Position numbers and translations under genes: made by a program. A DNA stretch of 42,703 bases, taken from contig SDNP01000026.1 of the NCBI GenBank assembly GCA_004524445.1, forward strand, positions 1-42,703. The letters run 5' to 3'. Under the pieces are notes generated by a model, which worked only from the letters and a program-made list of their open reading frames with translations, was not told the DNA's origin and made no database searches. This DNA is from Candidatus Thorarchaeota archaeon (GTDB lineage Archaea; Asgardarchaeota; Thorarchaeia; Thorarchaeales; Thorarchaeaceae). Shown piece by piece: positions 9,317 to 18,653 of this stretch (its first letter is position 1; each line of letters starts with the position of its first letter).

Positions 9317-10858
9317 CTATATCTTGCCTTCCGCGATATCCTCTTGGATTAGACTGCTTGTTATATCAGCACTCATCATTACGCTAGGCACTCCGGCACC
9401 CGGATGAGTTCCAGCTCCGACAAGATACAATCCCTTGATGTCACGTGATCTGTTATGAGGGCGGAAGTAACCGGACTGAAGTAACAATGGCTGCAATGAG
9501 AAGGCGGACCCTTTGTACGCATTGAGTTCTGCCTTGAAATCAGCTGGTGTGAATACTTCTACCACATCTAGATTATCAAGAAGCCCAGGCAGTACACGTT
9601 CATCAAGAGTAGCTAGTATATGATCTTTGAAAGGCTCCTTCTTTTCCTCCCAATCTACATCTGCCTCAAGATGCGAAACAGGAGTGCATGCATACATTGC
9701 CTCGCATCCTTCTGGGGCCAATTCAGGATTATTGCGTGTGGGGATATGAAGATAGGTTGAGAAGTCATCAGGGACCTCATGATTCTTGAAGATATCATTT
9801 ATGAGGCCCTTGTATCTTGGTCCAAATACAATGCTATGTTGTTCCATATCAGGATACTTCTTCTTCACACCAAAATAGACCATGAATAGGCTCATACTAT
9901 ATTTTGCCTTCTTGTAACGTTTGTCACTATTCTTCTTTCTGTATTTCTCATCAATTAGATCCATGTAGGTTCTGGCAACATCCGCATTACTAATCACGAT
10001 GTCTGCAGGATAATAGTTGCCATCTCCAGTTTCAACACCTTCTATTTCCTTATCGCCAGTGACAGAAACGTGCGTAACCTCCGAATTGAGTTTGATATTG
10101 CCTCCAATCTCAGTGAAAACATCAGCCATGGCTTCAATCATCCTATGAGTACCGCCCTTAACCCACCAGACTCCATGCTTTTCCTCGATGTAGGTAATAA
10201 GGCAATAGATGGCCGTCGCTGTAAATGGATTACCACCAATAAAGAGTGGATTGAAAGAGAGACCCATACGCATACGCTCATCTTTCAAGTAAGAGGAAAC
10301 CATCCCGTAGACGCTCTTGTACGCCTTGTATCGAATTCCAGCGGGTCCCATTTTAGCCATGCTCCACAGGCTCGGGAAAGTCGTGGAGCCAAACTTCTCA
10401 AAGCCCAGCTCATATATTGGCTTTATTTGCTTGATGAACTTCTTGTAGCCCTCTACGTCTTCTTCGTTGAATCTCTTTATTTCCTCAAGATTATGCTCGT
10501 ATCCAGCATAATCCATATGCGTTCCGTCGTTGAAATACAAGCGGTATTTGGGGGATATTTGAACTAGGTCGATGTAGTCTTGCCTCTTGCGTCCCGCGGC
10601 TTCAAATACCTCATCAACTAAATACGGTGGAGTTAGTATGGTAGGTCCTGTATCGAAAGTATATCCGTTCTTGGTGAGAACACCTGCTCTACCCCCAAGT
10701 TGATTTCGCTTCTCTAGGAGCGTGACATTATGTCCTGCAGCTTGCAATCGAATGGATGCAGACAGTCCACCGATACCCCCGCCAATTATTACGATTTCTC
10801 GACTATTACCAGAATTACTGCTATTCATTGTACCAGGATCCCCCTTTCTTGGAATCAT
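9317..10858 (-). CDS. crtI: Phytoene desaturase (CrtI family)
   Basis: GGGIGG FAD motif, GYTFDTGPT, C-terminal YLVGAGTHPGAGVP. Directly downstream of crtB; true start may be ATG 10828. Confidence 0.9.
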   Translation of the reverse strand: MIPRKGDPGTMNSSNSGNSREIVIIGGGIGGLSASIRLQAAGHNVTLLEKRNQLGGRAGVLTKNGYTFDTGPTILTPPYLVDEVFEAAGRKRQDYIDLVQISPKYRLYFNDGTHMDYAGYEHNLEEIKRFNEEDVEGYKKFIKQIKPIYELGFEKFGSTTFPSLWSMAKMGPAGIRYKAYKSVYGMVSSYLKDERMRMGLSFNPLFIGGNPFTATAIYCLITYIEEKHGVWWVKGGTHRMIEAMADVFTEIGGNIKLNSEVTHVSVTGDKEIEGVETGDGNYYPADIVISNADVARTYMDLIDEKYRKKNSDKRYKKAKYSMSLFMVYFGVKKKYPDMEQHSIVFGPRYKGLINDIFKNHEVPDDFSTYLHIPTRNNPELAPEGCEAMYACTPVSHLEADVDWEEKKEPFKDHILATLDERVLPGLLDNLDVVEVFTPADFKAELNAYKGSAFSLQPLLLQSGYFRPHNRSRDIKGLYLVGAGTHPGAGVPSVMMSADITSSLIQEDIAEGKI

Positions 10859-10876
10859 TTTGAGGTCATTTCATCA

Positions 10877-11833
10877 TTATTCTTGTCTTTCAAGATACGC
10901 CTTCTTTTCGCGCTTGTATTCCCTTCGCAGCCCGTATGCTATCCAGAGCTTCTTCCACTTAGGAACGACCGCCCGCTTACTGAAGACTTCAAAATCCATC
11001 TTTTCGATTTCGTTCATTATTTCGCCATAGACCCGACTTGCTACCTTGACTGTGAACTGACCACCAGGCGGCAGATCAGGTATACCCACCTCAGCTGCAG
11101 CGTAGATTGAGCGTGCTCGTGCGATTTCTGATTTAATCATCCATTTGAAATTAGGACCAACCATCTTATTCTCGAAGTCGGAGATATCCACTCTAAATTT
11201 CTCTCGCGTCTCCCGTGGGATATAGATGCGTCCGTTTTCATAGTCTTCGGCAATATCACGCAAAATATTGGTTAGTTGCAGGGCATGACCTAAGTCTGCT
11301 GCTCGTTCAAGGGTTTCAGTATTAGTCACACCCCAAATATGACACATCATAATTCCAACAGTTGATGCAACATGGTAGCAATATTTTTCCAACTCTTCGA
11401 GAGTCTCAATCTCAGTCAAATTGATATCCATTCGAACACCATCGATGAGCTCCTGGAGATACTTTGGCGGAATGCTGTATTTCGTCATTGTATCTCCAAA
11501 AGCCCGGAAGAGTGGATCATCAAAAACCACACCCCGAGATAATTTCTCTACAATAGAATCTAGCAAGTCAAGTTCATTCTCAATTTGCCTTTTTGGCAAG
11601 TCAACCTCGTCAGCAAAATCATCAACAAGTCTACAAAAGGCGTAGAGGGCTGCAAAAGAGCGTCTCTCATCATCCTCCAAGTAGCGTGAAGCAAAGTAGA
11701 ATGACTTCGCATGGAGTTTGAACATCTCCATGCAATAGTCATACGCAACCTCAAGAGACCCAGCATCAGGATTTTCATCTATCTCAAGTGCAGAAGGAAT
11801 CGTACTGTGATGGGTCGTATAGTTTATGGTCAT
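10877..11833 (-). CDS. crtB: Phytoene synthase
   Basis: AKSFYFAS, YAFCRLVDDFAD, YCYHVASTVG, QLTNILRDIAED, GRIYIP. Confidence 0.92.
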   Translation of the reverse strand: MTINYTTHHSTIPSALEIDENPDAGSLEVAYDYCMEMFKLHAKSFYFASRYLEDDERRSFAALYAFCRLVDDFADEVDLPKRQIENELDLLDSIVEKLSRGVVFDDPLFRAFGDTMTKYSIPPKYLQELIDGVRMDINLTEIETLEELEKYCYHVASTVGIMMCHIWGVTNTETLERAADLGHALQLTNILRDIAEDYENGRIYIPRETREKFRVDISDFENKMVGPNFKWMIKSEIARARSIYAAAEVGIPDLPPGGQFTVKVASRVYGEIMNEIEKMDFEVFSKRAVVPKWKKLWIAYGLRREYKREKKAYLERQE

Positions 11834-12109
11834 CGATTCTCCCCAGCCTTTGTCATCGCAAAACCCACAGATACTCTATACCTCATCAATTGCCTTTTAA
11901 ATTATCAGGGGCGTATTTGTGTGGTAATGCAAGGTTATGGTTAATTTTACACGATAAATATTTTCAGATTATTAAATCATTGGATAGTTCCCCTATTGAA
12001 TAAACGAAAATTAATTCGTGTTTCAGCGAACTGATATGAGGTTTTCCGGAGGTCCGCCGAATCATTCATATGCCGCATAGTGTAAATGCCTTGGATAGGG
12101 AGAATTACC

Positions 12110-13573
12110 ATGGAATCGATTGTGATAGGTGCTGGAGTTGGTGGTCTTTCAGTTGCGGCACTACTAGGAAAGAATGGTCATGATGTGACTCTTCTTGAGA
12201 AAAATTTGGAAATTGGCGGCCGTGCAAGAGTCTGGAAAAAGGATGGGTTTGTATTTGATATGGGTCCCTCTTGGTACCTGATGCCAGAGGTCTTTGAGCA
12301 TTACTTCGAGCATTTCGAGAGGGGTGTCAAGGATTTCTACGAGCTGATTAGGCTTGACCCTTCTTATCGAATCTTCTTTCCGGAAAGCACTTTGGACATA
12401 TCCGCGAAATTGGAGGACAATCTCGAACTCTTTGACCGGCTTGAAGAGGATGGGGCAGAAAAGCTACAGAAATATCTCGATCAGGCTCAAGACAAATATG
12501 AGTACTTGCTCGATGGTTTGATGTATGAGGACCTCTCAGGAATACTGTCAATGTTCAATCCGAAGCTGATGGCCGCCGGTTGGAAACTCAGCATTCTATC
12601 CAACATTGACGGTCTGACAAAGAAGTACTTCGAGAGCGAGAGAGCAAGGAAGATTCTCCAGTATTCAATCGTATTCCTGGGTGGGAATCCAAAAAATACA
12701 CCAGCACTCTATTCAATGATTTCTCATATTGACTTCAATCTTGGAGTTTGGTATCCGTATGGTGGTTTGGGCAAGATTGTGGATGCTCTTGAATCACTCT
12801 GCAATGAGTATAATGTCCACATTGACACCGGAGTTGAAGTAACTGGTTTGAACGTCGAAGACAAGAAGATAGTGTCTGTAGATACGACAGATGGCAGCTA
12901 TGAGCCTCAGGTGGTTGTTAGCAATGCGGATTATCCTCATAGCGAGATGGACCTGCTGCCAGAGAAATATCAGCAATATGATCGAGACTACTGGGAGAGT
13001 AAGACTATTGCTCCATCAGCCTTCGTCTTGTACTTGGGTTTGAACAAGAAAATTGACGTTTTAACTCACCATAATGTCATATTAGACCATGATTGGGTTC
13101 AGCACTTCGAACAGATATTCGAAGAGCCTTCTTGGCCAGACAAGCCGGCATACTACCTTTGTTGCCCATCAAAAAAGGATGACACAGTTGCACCACCGGG
13201 TCACGAAAATATCTTTGTGACTGTTCCAATATCACCCGGCATAGAAGACACACCCGAAATCAGAGAAGAATACTACAACAAGATGATCAAACATATGGAG
13301 AAAGTCATTGGTGAACCTCTGACAGACTCTGTCGTTGTCAAGCGCATCTTTTCTCTGAATGACTTTGCAAACGATTACAATGCCTACAAGGGCACAGCTG
13401 TTGGTCTCACCCACTCATTCCGGCAATCTGCATTCTTCAGACCACGGCATACCAGCAAGAAAGTGGATAATCTCTATTATACCGGGCAATACACACATCC
13501 GGGAATTGGAGTTCCTATGGCTCTGATAGCCTCCGAAATCGTAGCTGACCTTGTAGAAGAAGATTACAAGTGA
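12110..13573 (+). CDS. crtD: CrtI-family desaturase, probable carotenoid 3,4-desaturase
   Basis: GAGVGG, FDMGPSWYLMP (characteristic of the haloarchaeal CrtD-type clade), YTGQYTHPGIGVP. Directly upstream of lyeJ; start ATG 12110 after a GGGAG SD. Confidence 0.75.
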   Translation: MESIVIGAGVGGLSVAALLGKNGHDVTLLEKNLEIGGRARVWKKDGFVFDMGPSWYLMPEVFEHYFEHFERGVKDFYELIRLDPSYRIFFPESTLDISAKLEDNLELFDRLEEDGAEKLQKYLDQAQDKYEYLLDGLMYEDLSGILSMFNPKLMAAGWKLSILSNIDGLTKKYFESERARKILQYSIVFLGGNPKNTPALYSMISHIDFNLGVWYPYGGLGKIVDALESLCNEYNVHIDTGVEVTGLNVEDKKIVSVDTTDGSYEPQVVVSNADYPHSEMDLLPEKYQQYDRDYWESKTIAPSAFVLYLGLNKKIDVLTHHNVILDHDWVQHFEQIFEEPSWPDKPAYYLCCPSKKDDTVAPPGHENIFVTVPISPGIEDTPEIREEYYNKMIKHMEKVIGEPLTDSVVVKRIFSLNDFANDYNAYKGTAVGLTHSFRQSAFFRPRHTSKKVDNLYYTGQYTHPGIGVPMALIASEIVADLVEEDYK

Positions 13574-13597
13574 CTATGATAGGGCGATGGACACACA

Positions 13598-14452
13598 ATG
13601 ACGAATATCTTACGTCTAGCATTCAAGGTCTCGCGGGTTCGTTTCTGGCTTTACCTTGGTGGTACGTACCTGATCGGTTACATAATTGCTATCTCAGCGA
13701 TTTCTGAATTGATTGACCTATTCTTCATTGTGCATCTATTTTTCTTCATGCTGCCGGCAAACATCATTCTTTATGGTATTAACGACATCTCTGACAAGGA
13801 CACTGATTTTTTCAACCCAAAGAAAGGCGACAAGGAATACAAAGTACTGGATTCAGATGCAACGAAGCTATACATACTTGTCGGAGTTTCTTTGGCTTTT
13901 TGCCTGTCCCTTGTAGTGTGGCAGGCAGATGTTATGGCATCTATTCTTTTTCTTTCATGGCTCGTGCTTTCAATCGCCTATAGTGTTGAACCTATCAGAT
14001 TCAAGGCGCGACCAGTCGTCGATTTCGCCTCCAATTTTCTGTATGTAATTCCAGCTATTCTCGCCTTCTATCAAGTAAGGCTTGCCTTCCCGCCACTTCT
14101 GCCTCTTTTCGCAGCATTTCTTTGGACTTCAGCCATGCAATTGTTTTCTGCCATCCCCGATATCGAGGCAGACAAAAAGGCCAATATCAAGACCACAGCA
14201 GTTGCCATTGGAGAAAAGGCATCACTTCTTCTTTGCTTTGTCTTCTGGTCTGGTTTCGCTGGAATTCTCATACTCGTAACCCAATGGAATAGCCCCTGGA
14301 ACCTGATGATGTTGATGTATCCAGCCATTCCCTTGTACATTCTCATACGCCCAAGTGCTGACATTGCACGACTGTATTGGTATTTTCCGTACTATACTGC
14401 GATTTTTGGTATCGTGTTGTTTTTCAGTGTGGGCCTGCCATTATTATGGTAG
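13598..14452 (+). CDS. lyeJ: Lycopene elongase / UbiA-family prenyltransferase (LyeJ/CrtEb)
   Basis: SRVRFWLYLGG, PANIILYGINDISDKDTDFFNPKK, YSVEPIRFKARP, SAIPDIEAD; multi-TM. Confidence 0.8.
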   Translation: MTNILRLAFKVSRVRFWLYLGGTYLIGYIIAISAISELIDLFFIVHLFFFMLPANIILYGINDISDKDTDFFNPKKGDKEYKVLDSDATKLYILVGVSLAFCLSLVVWQADVMASILFLSWLVLSIAYSVEPIRFKARPVVDFASNFLYVIPAILAFYQVRLAFPPLLPLFAAFLWTSAMQLFSAIPDIEADKKANIKTTAVAIGEKASLLLCFVFWSGFAGILILVTQWNSPWNLMMLMYPAIPLYILIRPSADIARLYWYFPYYTAIFGIVLFFSVGLPLLW

Positions 14453-14587
14453 CAGAACAGTTTCTGTGTATCTTCTGGCAGAAGTGCACGATATGTTTTT
14501 TCGAACATAACGATAATAATTATTTGAGCAAATGTATTAATAACGGGGATGTGTATTATAATTCAAATCAACAAGGAATGATAGAAG

Positions 14588-16375
14588 TTGAGCAAGATTC
14601 TGAGAGTCAATATGAGCGATATGAGTACTAAATGGGAGGACCTACCCAAAAAGTACGAAACCTTGGCGGGACGTGCCCTTACAACGGCAATTGTCCACGA
14701 CGAGGTAGAACCCACTTGTCATCCACTAAGGGAGAAAAACAAGTTTGTTATTTCACCCGGGCTACTGGCGGGAACACCTGCACCATCTTCGGGACGTCTG
14801 AGTGTAGGTGGCAAGTCACCACTCACAGGCGGCATAAAGGAAGCTAACGCTGGAGGTCTGACAGCTACCAGACTCGGCAAGATTGGCATAAGAGCAATTG
14901 TCATTGAAGGTATGCCTGACACTGATGATTGGTACAGCATAGTGGTCGGGAAGGAGAAAGCAGAAATTGTCAAGACCAATGATTATGCGGGGATGGGGCT
15001 TTATGACCTGATTGAAAAAATCGGGGAGGACTATGACCACAGGCCTGGCATCATTGGCTGTGGTATTGCAGGACAGCGTCTCTTGAAGAGCGCAGGGATA
15101 TTTGGAAACAACATTGAGAATACTGACCCCGGTCGTTATGCAGGCCGAGGAGGTCTTGGAGCTGTACTGGGCTCAAAGCGAATTGTTGCAATCATAAGCG
15201 ACGATCATGGCTGTGATACCCCAAAGCCAAAGGACGAAGACAAGTTCACAGAAGGACGAAAAGCACTTGCTAAAGCGCTGAACAATCACCCCGTCACGGG
15301 TCGTCTCGAAGACGAAGAAGGCAATCCGTACGGTGGACTGAAAAACTATGGTACAAATATCTTGATGAACATCATAAATGAAGCTGGGGGCCTTCCCACA
15401 AGAGGCTTCAAGAGCGGACGCTTTGACCACGCAGCAAAGGTCTCTGGCGAAGCTGTACACGAACTGGTAGATAAGACGAACAAGAAATTCGGTGACAAGG
15501 CTGAAGGTAAATACGGACATCCCTGTCACCCTGGGTGTGTAATGGCATGCTCCAATATAGTTCCATATGAAGACACTGGAAAGGCACATGTATCACCTCT
15601 AGAATACGAGTCAGCTTGGGCGTTAGGTACCAATTTGGAAATCAGTGACTTGCAGGATGTTGCTGAGCTGAATCGATTGTGCAATGATCTCGGCCTAGAT
15701 ACAATCGAAGCAGGAAACACCCTAGCTATGCTTATGGAAGGCGGAATGATTGATTATGGAGATGGCCCAGCTGCGATAAAGGCGCTCAAACAGGCCTATG
15801 ACGCAAGCTCTCCATTAGGGAGATTAGTCTGCAGTGGTGCTAAAGTAGTTGGTGAAACATTAGGAGTCAGCAGGATTCCAGTTGTCAAGGGGCAATCGCT
15901 TCCAGCCTATGATCCCAGAGCAATTCGCGGCATCGGCGTGACATACGCTACCTCGACCATGGGTGCCGACCATACATCTGGGTATACTATAGCAGCAGAG
16001 ATATTGGGCGTCAAAGGCAAAGTTTCCGACCCTCGCGAGATTGAGAAAGCAGAACTCTCTCGTAATTTCCAGGCCACAACAGCATACATCGATTCATCGG
16101 GCTATTGTGTCTTCATTGCATTCGCCATCCTTGATGATGATGACGGATTCAATGGAATGGTGGACACAGTGAATGGTTTCTTGGGTAAGGAGATAGATGT
16201 CGCTCAGTACGGACTTGATGTATTAGAAATGGAACGCAACTTCAACAAGGCTGCCGGATTTACAAACAAAGATGACAGGCTGCCAGAGTTCTTCCATACC
16301 GAGCAGCTTCCCCCACACAACGTCACCTTCGATGTGCCACCAGAGGAAATTGACAAGGTCTACGAAGACATGTAA
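14588..16375 (+). CDS. aor: Tungsten/molybdenum aldehyde:ferredoxin oxidoreductase family protein
   Basis: KSPLTGGIKEANAGG, GRGGLGAVLGSK, CHPGCVMAC Fe-S motif, LEYES, CNDLGLDTI, MGADHT, DRLP. Confidence 0.9.
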   Translation: MSKILRVNMSDMSTKWEDLPKKYETLAGRALTTAIVHDEVEPTCHPLREKNKFVISPGLLAGTPAPSSGRLSVGGKSPLTGGIKEANAGGLTATRLGKIGIRAIVIEGMPDTDDWYSIVVGKEKAEIVKTNDYAGMGLYDLIEKIGEDYDHRPGIIGCGIAGQRLLKSAGIFGNNIENTDPGRYAGRGGLGAVLGSKRIVAIISDDHGCDTPKPKDEDKFTEGRKALAKALNNHPVTGRLEDEEGNPYGGLKNYGTNILMNIINEAGGLPTRGFKSGRFDHAAKVSGEAVHELVDKTNKKFGDKAEGKYGHPCHPGCVMACSNIVPYEDTGKAHVSPLEYESAWALGTNLEISDLQDVAELNRLCNDLGLDTIEAGNTLAMLMEGGMIDYGDGPAAIKALKQAYDASSPLGRLVCSGAKVVGETLGVSRIPVVKGQSLPAYDPRAIRGIGVTYATSTMGADHTSGYTIAAEILGVKGKVSDPREIEKAELSRNFQATTAYIDSSGYCVFIAFAILDDDDGFNGMVDTVNGFLGKEIDVAQYGLDVLEMERNFNKAAGFTNKDDRLPEFFHTEQLPPHNVTFDVPPEEIDKVYEDM

Positions 16376-16388
16376 GTACAATACGCAA

Positions 16389-16421
16389 TGAGGGGGTAAG
16401 CCCCCTCAAGATTTCTTTTTC
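16389..16421 (+). terminator. GC-rich hairpin plus T-tract after aor
   Basis: TGAGGGGG-taag-CCCCCTCA followed by agatttcttttt; a second palindrome GACTAAGC-A-GCTTAGTC lies at 16424-16440. Confidence 0.6.
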
Positions 16422-16560
16422 TTGACTAAGCAGCTTAGTCCCAAAGAGAATAGACTGGCTTTAGGGTTCGAATGAAAAAGCGGCCCAACTGGTTTTAGAG
16501 ATGTACACATTTGGACGGATTATCAACTAGATGTATGGTGGGCTCTTCAGTATGCCATTT

Positions 16561-16908
16561 CTATCGATATGTTTCTTCCTTCTGCTTTGCTTTCAAACTT
16601 CCAATCACTAAATGCATTTCGTCGAGTGGATTCTTAGGCAAAGACTTGGAGATAGTCGCTTCTATCCCTTTCTCCCTCTGGTAAGCCTTTTGTCCATGCA
16701 GTGTCAGGGATGAGAGAATTCCTTTTCTCTCCATCTTCTTTAGATGAGACCGAAATACATCAATTGTTGTAAGAGAATGATTTGGAGAAAGCACTAAGTA
16801 TCTTTCATAGAGCGTTCTTTCAAGCTCAACCAATGCCCAGCCAAATGAACGAATAATATCTGAGTCAATCTTGCTTAGCTTCATCGGATGCGGGGATTCT
16901 CCTTCCAT
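16561..16908 (-). CDS. Hypothetical basic protein, possible winged helix
   Basis: 115-aa ORF; LSKIDSDII...FRSHLKKMERKGILSSLTLHGQKAYQ resembles a wHTH recognition helix and wing. Confidence 0.55.
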   Translation of the reverse strand: MEGESPHPMKLSKIDSDIIRSFGWALVELERTLYERYLVLSPNHSLTTIDVFRSHLKKMERKGILSSLTLHGQKAYQREKGIEATISKSLPKNPLDEMHLVIGSLKAKQKEETYR

Positions 16909-17085
16909 AGTATATTACATCAATTAGATAGTTAAATAATTCGATTTGAGAGGGGTAAACCGATTTTCCTCCCAAGATTCACCACATTTCGTGGAAGAAA
17001 CAAACCCAAGCTTCATGTTAATCAAAAACCTTAGCTATGCAGTAACGAAACAGACTAAAGGCTATAGGATAGATGGCCTGCAATC

Positions 17086-17394
17086 ATGATCCAAGTACAC
17101 CTCTATGGACAACTCAGACGGCTTGTAGAAAACAGTCATGCGTGCGAAGACACGGTTATTGAGATCCCATACAAAGAAGGAATGACATTCCGAGATATCG
17201 TTAGATATCTTGGTTTGGATGAAAAGGATCTCGGAGACTGTTTCATAGATGGCATGCTAGCCAAGATGGATGATACCGTTCAAGATGATGCTCGAATTGG
17301 GCTGTTCCCATATAATATGGTCTTGTTATGCGGGGGGCAACATCTCAAAGGGCATGGTTACACTCAAAGAGATCACGAAGTAGATTACTATTAG
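17086..17394 (+). CDS. MoaD/ThiS-like ubiquitin-fold protein with an internal CGG and an 18-aa tail
   Basis: MIQVHLYGQLR...FIDG...VQDDARIGLFP beta-grasp pattern. Confidence 0.75.
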   Translation: MIQVHLYGQLRRLVENSHACEDTVIEIPYKEGMTFRDIVRYLGLDEKDLGDCFIDGMLAKMDDTVQDDARIGLFPYNMVLLCGGQHLKGHGYTQRDHEVDYY

Positions 17395-17404
17395 AGATGA
17401 TTCT

Positions 17405-17665
17405 ATGAGGGTCGGTGTAAAACTCTATGCCACACTAAGGCAATATGCGCCAGAAGATACCGAGATTGGAGGTGTATTCCATGTGGATCTTGAGGGAGAA
17501 ACTTTGGGAGATTTGCTGTCTGAGCTAGGCATTGCGGAGGAAAAGGCCAGGATAATCATGCTTAACGGGGTTAGAGTAAGCAGTCTCAACCGGAATCTAG
17601 AAGAAGGGGATATGGTTGTAATTTTTCCACCTGTCGGTGGAGGAATGCAACATGAATCAAGGTAA
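17405..17665 (+). CDS. MoaD/ThiS/SAMP-family sulfur carrier with a 6-aa extension
   Basis: VKLYATLR...IIMLNG...LEEGDMVVIFPPVGGG-MQHESR. Confidence 0.85.
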   Translation: MRVGVKLYATLRQYAPEDTEIGGVFHVDLEGETLGDLLSELGIAEEKARIIMLNGVRVSSLNRNLEEGDMVVIFPPVGGGMQHESR

Positions 17666-18461
17666 CGCTGATAGTGATTCAGAGATTCCTGAAAGAAACC
17701 AAGAGAAGGTCAAAGAGAAGAGATTTGATACATTTCAGCTGTTCTTCACAATATTACCGGCTGTCTTCTTCTTCATCAGTTGGCTCGTTGCAAATGTGCC
17801 AATTGCAGAGAATGTTATCTGGGTTTCTGCTTTGTTCATCGTCATCCTCGCCATACCTTCCTACGTTTTCCTTTACAGATGGGTTGGTTTGAGGTTAGCA
17901 TTGTTAATTCTCGTTGTGTTTTCGATTCTCCCCATTGCAATAGAGGCGGTAGGGATAACGACAGGATTCCCATACGGCTGGTTCTACTATTCGGAAAACC
18001 TAGGCTACAAAGTATTAGGTCTAGTGCCATGGAGTGTAGCCTTTGCATTTGCACCTCTCGTTCTAGGAAGCCTCTCTTTGGCTAGTTATGTTACTGATGA
18101 CGCAAGACTGGCGATTCCTCTCAGTGCAATGATATTAGTCTGGACCGACCTGCTACTTGACCCTGCAGCTGTTCTCTTGGAGATATGGATTTGGGCTTAT
18201 CCAGGTCCTTACTACGGGATTCCTATCTCAAACTATGTAGGTTGGTTCCTTACAGCTACCTTGGCAAGCACCATTCTTCATGGAACTATCTCTGGCAAAT
18301 CAGTTCAGATTTCCCAACTAGATTCCAGACTAGCCTCAAGCCACCTTCTTATAGCGGCATTCTGGACAGGATACACTGTTTGGACTGGCCTAGTCATTCC
18401 AGCTGTTCTTGGCATGCTGCTATTCATTATTCTATACTACTTTGTTGTGATTAGGAGATGA
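17652..18461 (+). CDS. cruF: Carotenoid 1,2-hydratase (CruF / bisanhydrobacterioruberin hydratase family)
   Basis: IEAVGITTGFPYGWFYY, LGYKVLGLVPW, DLLLDPAAV, YYGIPISNYVGWF; multi-TM. ATG 17652 follows GGAGG. Confidence 0.8.
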   Translation: MNQGNADSDSEIPERNQEKVKEKRFDTFQLFFTILPAVFFFISWLVANVPIAENVIWVSALFIVILAIPSYVFLYRWVGLRLALLILVVFSILPIAIEAVGITTGFPYGWFYYSENLGYKVLGLVPWSVAFAFAPLVLGSLSLASYVTDDARLAIPLSAMILVWTDLLLDPAAVLLEIWIWAYPGPYYGIPISNYVGWFLTATLASTILHGTISGKSVQISQLDSRLASSHLLIAAFWTGYTVWTGLVIPAVLGMLLFIILYYFVVIRR

Positions 18462-18480
18462 TGAGTATTTCTCATTCATC
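18457..18480 (+). terminator. Hairpin overlapping the cruF stop codon
   Basis: GATGATGAG-tattt-CTCATTCATC (one bulge). Confidence 0.3.
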
Positions 18481-18653
18481 ATCCGCGACTCTGGTTGCAG
18501 GTACCGATCTGGTTGGTCCAATCTCATTCAGATTCATGCCTTAGACAAGTTTTTTCTTGCTTCTCACTTTCCATATTAAACTAAGAAATATCGACATATT
18601 ACCCATCCATAGCATTATATTATTTCATCTTATATGATATTCATGAATGTTCG

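Noticed and set aside
11834-14587. AT-rich ACGA...TCGT-like motifs in the crt and aor promoters as a shared operator
   Set aside because: Too degenerate in AT-rich DNA to distinguish from chance.
16470-16563. Possible TAG read-through extending the 115-aa protein by about 21 residues
   Set aside because: The extension is short, unremarkable and expected by chance; no Pyl evidence in the window.
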